From a virus (lineage: Duplodnaviria > Caudoviricetes): a DNA stretch of 61,188 nt. The position numbers were made by a program, and so were the translations under genes. The notes below the pieces were generated by a model. That model saw only the letters and a list, made by a program, of their open reading frames with translations. It was not told the DNA's origin and did not search any database. This document shows positions 54,775 to 61,188 of this stretch, piece by piece. Numbering within the stretch: the stretch's first letter is position 1; every line of letters starts with the position of its first letter. The stretch covers positions 1 through 61,188 of IMG/VR virus record IMGVR_UViG_3300021088_000012; one strand, given 5' to 3'.

Positions 54775-55329
54775 ATGCACGAAAACCAGAGAGAAGCCCG
54801 CGAGAAAACTGAGATCATTGAACTGATGGCGTTGCTGGGCAATAGAATGGCCGTTCTTTCTCAAACCCTGGCAAATACGCTGGAAAAGGTCCTGGAAAAA
54901 CATCCAGGGCACAAAATTTGCCCGATATTAGTCTTTAACATTTTCGAAAATAACAAAAACTTTAACTTTATGGCAGTAGTAAAAACTCTTACGCTTACTT
55001 CTACGGCGCCGGTGACGCTGAACATGACAGTTACGGACGGCGACGGCGGTCCTGAAATCGCTGGCGTTCTTTCGGGATTAACTTATGCGCCTGCTGATCC
55101 CACGCAGGATATCGCCGTTGTAGACCCTACGGTCGCGACAGAAGTCGATGTGCATGTGGTCAGCAATACTGGAGGAACGACCGTCACGGGCACCGGTACA
55201 TTCGTCAGCACTCTTCTGGGCCCTGATGGAAAAACCCCTGCTTTCAGCGGCCCGGTCACAGGGACATTAGTTTTGGTGAACAACATTCCGGTGAAGGTAC
55301 TCGCCCCGGTCCTGGCGTTCAATCAATAA
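54775..55329 (+). CDS. Thr/Val-rich beta-sandwich protein (possible virion decoration); second in-frame start at 54970
   Basis: Ig-like composition from 54970; AT-rich initiation region before 54970; followed by a terminator. Confidence 0.65.
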   Translation: MHENQREAREKTEIIELMALLGNRMAVLSQTLANTLEKVLEKHPGHKICPILVFNIFENNKNFNFMAVVKTLTLTSTAPVTLNMTVTDGDGGPEIAGVLSGLTYAPADPTQDIAVVDPTVATEVDVHVVSNTGGTTVTGTGTFVSTLLGPDGKTPAFSGPVTGTLVLVNNIPVKVLAPVLAFNQ

Positions 55330-55367
55330 GAATTTTCACGGGTAGTAATTTTTCATGAGTAAGTAGG

Positions 55368-55393
55368 AACCTCGGAGAAATCCGGGGTTTTTT
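55368..55393 (+). terminator. Rho-independent terminator
   Basis: AACCTCGGA-GAAA-TCCGGGGTT plus T-tract. Confidence 0.8.
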
Positions 55394-55428
55394 GTCAAAA
55401 GTCACTAAAGTTTCCTAATTTAGAGATA

Positions 55429-56103
55429 ATGAAAAAAGATGCCATTCAATGGGAACCTAAAAAGGTAAAAGTCGATGATCTTATCGAAAATCCGAAGAAT
55501 CCGAAAACATTGAATGAAATCGGAAAAAAGCGTCTGCAAAAATCGCTCAGTAAATTCGGTCTCGCCGGAACAATTATCTGCAATTCTGATCTGACCATTA
55601 TCGATGGACATTCCAGGAAAACGGAATTACTTGCCGCCGGCATTGAGGAAGTATATGTTAGTATGCCTTCCAGGCCGCTTACCGAATCAGAATACAAAGA
55701 ATTTAACGCAATTATAGATCTCGCCCAGGCAGGCGACCCGAATTTCTTGATGATGGAGGAAATTTTTCAGGATGAATTTTTCGAGGAATGGGATCTGGAT
55801 CAGTCCGGAGAACTAGCCTTTAACGCCGAGCCAGATTCCGTAAAGCGAAACATTGACAAAATAAATGCCATTAAAGCGCAACGGAAAAAGGGCAATCATG
55901 CGGTGATTGACAAAACAGATACAGAAAAATATCTTGTCATCACATTTACATCGCGGGATGAAAAGATAAAATTACTAGAATCTCTCAATCTGCCAGGCGA
56001 CGAACGATATTTGCCTAGCGGCGCTGTTCAAATCAGGTTAACTGGCAAATGGCGGACTGCAGCACGATCAGCCAAGCGCAACAAATCAGGTGCCACCGGA
56101 TGA
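55429..56103 (+). CDS. ParB/Srx-like N-terminal-domain protein
   Basis: LIENPKNPK, SLSKFG, TIIDGHSR. Confidence 0.85.
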   Translation: MKKDAIQWEPKKVKVDDLIENPKNPKTLNEIGKKRLQKSLSKFGLAGTIICNSDLTIIDGHSRKTELLAAGIEEVYVSMPSRPLTESEYKEFNAIIDLAQAGDPNFLMMEEIFQDEFFEEWDLDQSGELAFNAEPDSVKRNIDKINAIKAQRKKGNHAVIDKTDTEKYLVITFTSRDEKIKLLESLNLPGDERYLPSGAVQIRLTGKWRTAARSAKRNKSGATG

Positions 56104-56780
56104 CAACGCATGAATTTTCAGCACTCAACATTCTGAATGTCGTTCGCCAGCAGACCGACCGCATTGGTATCGGCATCTCTTTCGGGAAGGACAGTCTTAC
56201 GACCCTGGATTTATGCAGCAAAGTCTTTGACAATCTTCACGGCTATTATCTTTATAGGGTTGTAAACCTGCGCATCATTCGCGAATGGCAAAAGTTCACC
56301 GAAGCCCGATGGCCAATTAAAATTCACATGTATCCGCATTTCGATTTATCGAGGTGCTATTCCAATGCCGTCCTACGCCCACATAGTGACCAATCAGGCA
56401 ACGTTCCCAGAATCACCCTTGTAGATATCGAAAATCATTTCAAAAATCAAACCGGCTGCACATGGATGGCCCTGGGATGGCGCCGCAATGACTCTTTTAG
56501 CCGCGCATTGATCATGAAGCAGACCGGCGGCTATGACCCCGCCAACACCCGGGTATTTCCGCTACGGGCATTCAGCCGCCGCCATGTGCTGGAATATCTG
56601 AAAGAGAACAATATTCCCCTTCCGCCTGGGCTAGGTCGCAAAGAACAAGGCGGTCTCGATTTTCACCCTGAAGCCCTTCGAACACTGAAAGAGCTATATC
56701 CGGACGATTATGCCAAGTGGCTCACTGACTTCCCCTTTTCTGACATGCAACTCCTTGATAATCAAAAGGAAGAAAAATGA
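56100..56780 (+). CDS. PAPS-reductase-like PP-loop protein
   Basis: GISFGKDS PP-loop, LGWRRNDSFSR, FPLRAFSRRHVLEYL; ATGA-coupled start 56100. Confidence 0.82.
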   Translation: MTTHEFSALNILNVVRQQTDRIGIGISFGKDSLTTLDLCSKVFDNLHGYYLYRVVNLRIIREWQKFTEARWPIKIHMYPHFDLSRCYSNAVLRPHSDQSGNVPRITLVDIENHFKNQTGCTWMALGWRRNDSFSRALIMKQTGGYDPANTRVFPLRAFSRRHVLEYLKENNIPLPPGLGRKEQGGLDFHPEALRTLKELYPDDYAKWLTDFPFSDMQLLDNQKEEK

Positions 56781-56860
56781 GGAATAAATCGTAAATTCCT
56801 TTGATAATTGGCTGATTCTCCCGTACTTAGAAGTATTAATCGACAAAAAACTTTGCATTT

Positions 56861-57205
56861 ATGAAACCACTTTTTATCATTCTCAAAGGCGAATACTTCC
56901 ATCAGATCGCCGGCGGCACCAAGACAGAAGAATATCGCATTGCTTCCGATTACTGGGCGAAAAAGATCATTGATCGCCAATATTCACATATCATCTTTCA
57001 ACTCGGCTACTCAGCAACCGCTCCGAGAATGACCGTTGAATATTTGGGATACAAGAAAAAAATCATACCTTCCATTGTCTATAATGGTCAGGTTGAGGTA
57101 TTTGCGCTGAAACTTGGCAAAATCACCGAAATCTCGAATTATGAACGACACGGGCAAGCCACGCGCAAAGGGAGCAAGCGCACCGGGGAGAAAACCGCCG
57201 CCTGA
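56861..57205 (+). CDS. ASCH/PUA-domain protein
   Basis: LKGEYFHQIAGGTKTEEYR, YW, IIFQLGYS. Confidence 0.85.
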   Translation: MKPLFIILKGEYFHQIAGGTKTEEYRIASDYWAKKIIDRQYSHIIFQLGYSATAPRMTVEYLGYKKKIIPSIVYNGQVEVFALKLGKITEISNYERHGQATRKGSKRTGEKTAA

Positions 57206-57557
57206 TTCAGCCAAGTTCACCAGTACAAACCAGCCATCCGGGGAGGCTAAGAGGAATGGACTTCTAAAAAGGAAGACTGGCGTCGAACTTGCTAGGGCCA
57301 TATTACAGCTATCCTTCGAAGGCGCAAAAGATTCTCCATTAAAAAAAGCCGCGGCTGAATATTTTAAAATTCCCGAAAAGGAAATTACCGTGGAGATGAT
57401 GCTCATGTTTCGTCAGGCGGAAAAGGCGGTTCAGAAAGGTGATACACGCGCCTTCGATGCTGTCATGGATCGCGCCTTCGGAAAGCCCAAGCAGGACGTA
57501 AATGCAACCGTTAAGGCGGATGTCAATCTTTCTAATCAGCAGATCAATTTCGAATAA
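57141..57557 (+). CDS. terS: Terminase small subunit
   Basis: FTSTNQPS, KGDTRAFDAVMDRAFGKPKQ; directly before TerL. Confidence 0.78.
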   Translation: MNDTGKPRAKGASAPGRKPPPDSAKFTSTNQPSGEAKRNGLLKRKTGVELARAILQLSFEGAKDSPLKKAAAEYFKIPEKEITVEMMLMFRQAEKAVQKGDTRAFDAVMDRAFGKPKQDVNATVKADVNLSNQQINFE

Positions 57558-58942
57558 TGGGCATCACTGTTAAGGCCCTGGAGCCATTTAAAATTCTCTA
57601 TCATCTTCCGAAGGGAACTAATACTGTCGTTCTAATTGGTGGCCGTGGCGGGGCTAAAACCTACGAAGCCAGCAAGTTTATAGCCTTTCAGGCAACTATC
57701 AAGAAAAAAAGGTGTGTTGTTCTTCGGGATGAAAAGGAATTAATCCGGGAATCTATCCTGAATGAGGTTCTCATGCGATACGATACCGCGAATACCTCGG
57801 GTGCTCTTGGTTATTTCTACCAGCGGCTGGATACCGGCATTAAGGATATAAAGACGAATGAAATGCTTGTTTTCACCAAAGGATTCCGGGCAAGCACGCT
57901 GGAAAAGAAAGCCAATCTGAAGAGCATAAGCAATATAGATATGGCTGTAATCGAGGAAGCGGAAGATATCCGGGATGAAGAAAAATTCAATGTTTTCTCC
58001 GATGGGGTGCGCAAAGATGGCGCATTGATCGTAATTATTCTGAATACTCCTGATTTAAGTCACTGGATCGTACGAAGGTGGTTCACCCTGGAAAAGGTCG
58101 AGGATGGCTATTTCGATGTCATCCCAAAGCAGATTCCCGGTCTGGTGGTGATCAAGACAAGCTTTGAGGATAATCCCCATCTGCCGGCGACAATCGTTGA
58201 ACGGTATAAATCCTACGGGGATCCGGCCAGCCACCTGTACAACAAGCATTATTACCTCACGGCTATCCGGGGCTTGGCCAGCACTGGCCGGAAAGGGCAG
58301 ATCTTCAGCGGATGGAAAAGCATCACGAATCAGGAGTTTAATGATATCGATGCCCGGTCAATCTTCGGACAGGACTTCGGAACTACCTCGCCGGCAGCCT
58401 TGGTGGAAGCCAAGATTGTGAATAACAGGATTTATGTCAGGCAGCACAACTACCAGGGAATGACCGAAAAGCAACTCGGACTCCTTTATTGCCGCCTGGG
58501 ACTCAAAGAAGAGATCATTATTGCGGATTCCGCCGAACCGATGGCAATACGCCGCCTGCGCAATGGTTGGTCCGTAGACGAGTTATCGGAGGAAGAGCGG
58601 AAAGATTATACCTCGTGGAAAGAAGGGGCCCTTAAACCGCCTCCAAATGCCCCACACGCGACCGCACAGGAGGTAAAACCGTGGAAATATGCCCAACTCT
58701 TAACTGGGTTTCACATCTATCCGGCTTTCAAAGGCCCCGGGACAGTAATTGCCGGAATCAAAAAGGTGATGGACTATGAGGTGTTCATTACGGAGGATTC
58801 GACCGATCTTTGGTTCGAATATGCAAATTATGTATGGTCCTTGGATAAAAATTCTCAGCCTACTGATGAACCGGAAGACGCCCATAACCACGGGGCTGAT
58901 TCTATACGCTATATAATTTCCGGTAAGGGCCGATATTACTAA
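57557..58942 (+). CDS. terL: Terminase large subunit (PBSX-type)
   Basis: GGRGGAKT Walker A, VIEEAE, GQDFG, ADSAEP, DAHNHGADSIRY. Confidence 0.95.
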   Translation: MGITVKALEPFKILYHLPKGTNTVVLIGGRGGAKTYEASKFIAFQATIKKKRCVVLRDEKELIRESILNEVLMRYDTANTSGALGYFYQRLDTGIKDIKTNEMLVFTKGFRASTLEKKANLKSISNIDMAVIEEAEDIRDEEKFNVFSDGVRKDGALIVIILNTPDLSHWIVRRWFTLEKVEDGYFDVIPKQIPGLVVIKTSFEDNPHLPATIVERYKSYGDPASHLYNKHYYLTAIRGLASTGRKGQIFSGWKSITNQEFNDIDARSIFGQDFGTTSPAALVEAKIVNNRIYVRQHNYQGMTEKQLGLLYCRLGLKEEIIIADSAEPMAIRRLRNGWSVDELSEEERKDYTSWKEGALKPPPNAPHATAQEVKPWKYAQLLTGFHIYPAFKGPGTVIAGIKKVMDYEVFITEDSTDLWFEYANYVWSLDKNSQPTDEPEDAHNHGADSIRYIISGKGRYY

Positions 58943-59238
58943 TTCAGGGAAACAAATGCAATATTTTTTGTCTCGTAATTGGTTATAACCGATTGCGTCC
59001 CGAACCTCCTGGCATCGAACCACCAGATTCCTCCCCCCACAATGCGCCGGCAGCCGCAGGAGATCTCGAACCTATTCGGATCCAGGATCAGCCCCACATC
59101 AACAAAGACATCCCCGCAAAAGCACGCTTTGAGTCCCAGAACCTGGTAGGATTCTCCTTTGATCAGCGGGCAGCCTAGGCGATCTTTCTTAAGTCGCTGA
59201 TCGTGAATGCAAATGATCGTATCTCGGAGCTGAATCAT
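58939..59238 (-). CDS. Small Cys-containing protein, convergent with TerL
   Basis: IICI, LIKGESYQV, CFCG, CGC, WFDARRF. Confidence 0.62.
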   Translation of the reverse strand: MIQLRDTIICIHDQRLKKDRLGCPLIKGESYQVLGLKACFCGDVFVDVGLILDPNRFEISCGCRRIVGGGIWWFDARRFGTQSVITNYETKNIAFVSLN

Positions 59239-59281
59239 AAGCTAAAAGTAAATAAAAATGCCAAAAAACTCGGGAAAATAC

Positions 59282-59312
59282 TTGCAAATTCGATAAACGT
59301 TTATTATCTTTA
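59282..59312 (+). promoter_or_regulatory. Bacteroidetes sigmaA-type promoter (-33 TTG, -7 TATCTTTA)
   Basis: TTG, 20-nt spacer, TATCTTTA (consensus TAnnTTTG) upstream of the small-gene cluster. Confidence 0.55.
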
Positions 59313-59357
59313 TATCAGCAATCAGAGATTAATACTAAAAATTAAAAACTTACAATT

Positions 59358-59600
59358 ATGGAAACATACCAGATAATCAATCAGTTAAAGAGCATGGACG
59401 AACACGAGGCTATGCTGACCAATTCAATTAATGCCCTTTTAGCGGCTAATGAAACCACACTTTATGAGGACTTAACCAAAGATGATGCGGATGACTTTAA
59501 CATGTTGTGGAAGCTACGCAGTGAAGTAAGGGGATTTAAATGTCGCATGGCTGCTATCGCTGGTAGTTTTGCTTCTTATTGCACACAAGAATTAGCCTAA
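59358..59600 (+). CDS. Hypothetical early protein
   Basis: 80-aa ORF with AT-rich initiation region. Confidence 0.65.
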   Translation: METYQIINQLKSMDEHEAMLTNSINALLAANETTLYEDLTKDDADDFNMLWKLRSEVRGFKCRMAAIAGSFASYCTQELA

Positions 59601-59642
59601 TCTCTATAACGTTTTGATTAATTAACTGAAAAACAACATTTT

Positions 59643-59825
59643 ATGGAAAATAAAATATTTTTTACCATCCTCCTCTGTAATGAAAAATACGAAGATGAAA
59701 CCAGTACTGGATGTGGAGATCCTTACTCAGCCACCCGGTATAAATCACAGGAACAGGCTCAACAGCAGATTAATACGATGCAATATCCTAACGCTGCAAT
59801 AATTGACTTCAGCGTCGAAGATTAA
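59643..59825 (+). CDS. Hypothetical early protein
   Basis: 60-aa ORF. Confidence 0.6.
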   Translation: MENKIFFTILLCNEKYEDETSTGCGDPYSATRYKSQEQAQQQINTMQYPNAAIIDFSVED

Positions 59826-59858
59826 TCACCTCTTATAATACTTATAAATCAACACATT

Positions 59859-60077
59859 ATGGCTTACTCAGCACTTACAATTGGACAAGAAATAGAACTC
59901 CTCGAAGATATGCATAGCTGTGTATCGGAAGGAAAGCGCGTTATCAGCAAAGGCACAAAGATGCGCTACTACTTTAGCCAGCTTACTTGGGATTACTTCA
60001 AAGATTCCGCGGGCAATACGTTAATAATAATGGGAGGGGCCGGATCTCCCGACTGGGAGCGCGTAAAGGCTAACTGA
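59859..60077 (+). CDS. Hypothetical early protein (stop codon inside the ribozyme core)
   Basis: 72-aa ORF. Confidence 0.62.
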   Translation: MAYSALTIGQEIELLEDMHSCVSEGKRVISKGTKMRYYFSQLTWDYFKDSAGNTLIIMGGAGSPDWERVKAN

Positions 60078-60142
60078 AGAGGCTTGAATAGCCGAAACCG
60101 GAGTGGGGATATAGTAAAGTGTTATCTCAGCCGGTCTTAGTC
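60068..60142 (+). ncRNA. Hammerhead ribozyme, type I
   Basis: Stem I GGCUAA/UUAGUC; core CUGAAGA; stem II GGCU-UGAAU-AGCC; GAAA; stem III CCGG/CCGG; GUC cleavage triplet at 60134-60136. Confidence 0.92.
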
Positions 60143-60177
60143 ACTTAATTAATCAATCTTAAATACCTTTTTTAGTT

Positions 60178-60402
60178 ATGAAAAAATACACTCAATTAAC
60201 CGCCGGCCAGAAGGCTAATTTCAAGTCATTTTGTGTTGCGCAAAGGTTCGCCTTATATGGAATGGGCGGATTTACCCCCTTATGGTACGCTATGACTGTT
60301 GACGGCGTTCTCATGAATCGCCCTTTATTCCCTTATCAATTCGACAGACCTTATAAGATGGGGGACATATCCGGCAAAAACGGCTCAATGATCAATGTCT
60401 AA
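60178..60402 (+). CDS. Hypothetical early protein
   Basis: 74-aa ORF. Confidence 0.6.
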   Translation: MKKYTQLTAGQKANFKSFCVAQRFALYGMGGFTPLWYAMTVDGVLMNRPLFPYQFDRPYKMGDISGKNGSMINV

Positions 60403-60485
60403 TCATTCATTATTAATTAATGTAGGAAGCCCTGCACTCGTAAATGGTGCGGGGATTTCTGGGCAAAAAGATTAAATTTACCATT

Positions 60486-60851
60486 ATGTCGAATTGTTTA
60501 GAATGCGGAGCAGAATTAATTAATACGCCGGGTAAGCGACCAAAGCAATTCTGCAATGTTACACACCGGTCGAATTATTGGCAGAAGCAAAAGCGATTGG
60601 CGGCAAAGGCGGATATTCCCGATCCGGGTCCGGTGATCAGAGAGGCGATTGCCAGCGGGAAGCCGATAATCACGGATGCGGCTATCGAATATATCCCCCT
60701 GGTGCCAGAGCAGGCACAACCGGACCCAATCAACCGGACATTAATACGAAGGTCCCAACCCCCTGTAATGCCCCCAGGATTGTCTCCTTTACAGCAGCAG
60801 GCATGGAAGGCAGAGGAACGAAAAAGACTTCAGGAGGAGAGATTTAAATAA
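60486..60851 (+). CDS. Zn-ribbon protein with Pro-rich tail
   Basis: CLECG...RPKQFCNVTHR; ATG 60486. Confidence 0.65.
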   Translation: MSNCLECGAELINTPGKRPKQFCNVTHRSNYWQKQKRLAAKADIPDPGPVIREAIASGKPIITDAAIEYIPLVPEQAQPDPINRTLIRRSQPPVMPPGLSPLQQQAWKAEERKRLQEERFK

Positions 60852-60872
60852 ACCAATAACAAAATCATAATC

Positions 60873-61188
60873 ATGATACAAATTTTTGCAAATTATTCAG
60901 AATTCCTTCGCCGAGAAGATAAAGACCTCAACGGGGTTACACAAGAATTCGCAAATTTGCATCCGGACTGGGAGAAAGAAAATGCAACCAATAAGGGCTG
61001 TTGGAATTGCAGCGATTGCCGCGGTTGCAGCGATTGCAGCGATTGCCGCGGTTGCAGCGGTTGCCGCGGTTGCAGCGATTGCAGCGGTTGCAGCGATTGC
61101 AGCGATTGCAGCGGTTGCCGCGGTTGCCGCGGTTGCAGCGATTGCAGCGGTTGCAGCGATTGCAGCGATTGCAGAGATTGCCGCGGTT
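60873..61188 (+). CDS. 5' part of Cys-X-X repeat protein (runs off the window end)
   Basis: MIQIFANYSEFLRRED...NKGCWNCSDCRGC..., open to 61188. Confidence 0.85.
   Translation, partial: MIQIFANYSEFLRREDKDLNGVTQEFANLHPDWEKENATNKGCWNCSDCRGCSDCSDCRGCSGCRGCSDCSGCSDCSDCSGCRGCRGCSDCSGCSDCSDCRDCRG
60999..61188 (+). repeat. 9-nt Cys-X-X tandem repeat
   Basis: 21 complete units plus 1 nt; same units as 1-185. Confidence 0.97.

Larger units (their letters stand above)
1..61188. mobile_element. Near-complete, circularly permuted tailed bacteriophage genome (siphovirus-like, Bacteroidetes host)
   Basis: TerS/TerL, portal, prohead protease, HK97-type capsid, tail tube, tape measure, holins and endolysin are all present. 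Both ends lie in the same repeat-containing ORF. AT-rich starts without Shine-Dalgarno sequences and Gln after signal peptides fit Bacteroidetes. Confidence 0.93.

Overview
The window looks like a near-complete (about 61 kb), circularly permuted genome of a tailed, siphovirus-type phage of Bacteroidetes, probably with a Chitinophagaceae-like host. Both ends break inside one gene made of 9-nt Cys-X-X repeats. Modules in order: small early genes; a reverse-strand cluster of glycosyltransferase-like and methyltransferase genes (1.7-7.8 kb) lying between terminase and portal; portal, protease, HK97-type capsid, neck, tail tube, tape measure and tail tip (8-26 kb); a ~10 kb block of Sec-signal-peptide proteins in the tail-fibre position (26-36 kb); lysis genes; recombination genes, an SNF2 helicase with a DNA methylase, and nin-like genes; then ParB, a PAPS-reductase-like enzyme, ASCH and TerS/TerL. 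No integrase, CI repressor, DNA polymerase or primase was recognised. The best candidate for a new system is the exported late-operon proteins, above all the 1606-aa fibre-like SGNH protein, which are very rich in the Bacteroidetes periplasmic O-glycosylation sequon D-[ST]-[AILVMT] while the phage also carries its own glycan-tailoring genes. Other highlights are a type I hammerhead ribozyme whose core contains a stop codon, a tRNA-like RNA with Ala identity (G3:U70) and a 21-nt loop in place of the anticodon loop, a G_GAU_UUU -1 frameshift in a glycosyltransferase gene, and several structured non-coding regions. All family assignments come from reading motifs by eye, and all counts are manual.
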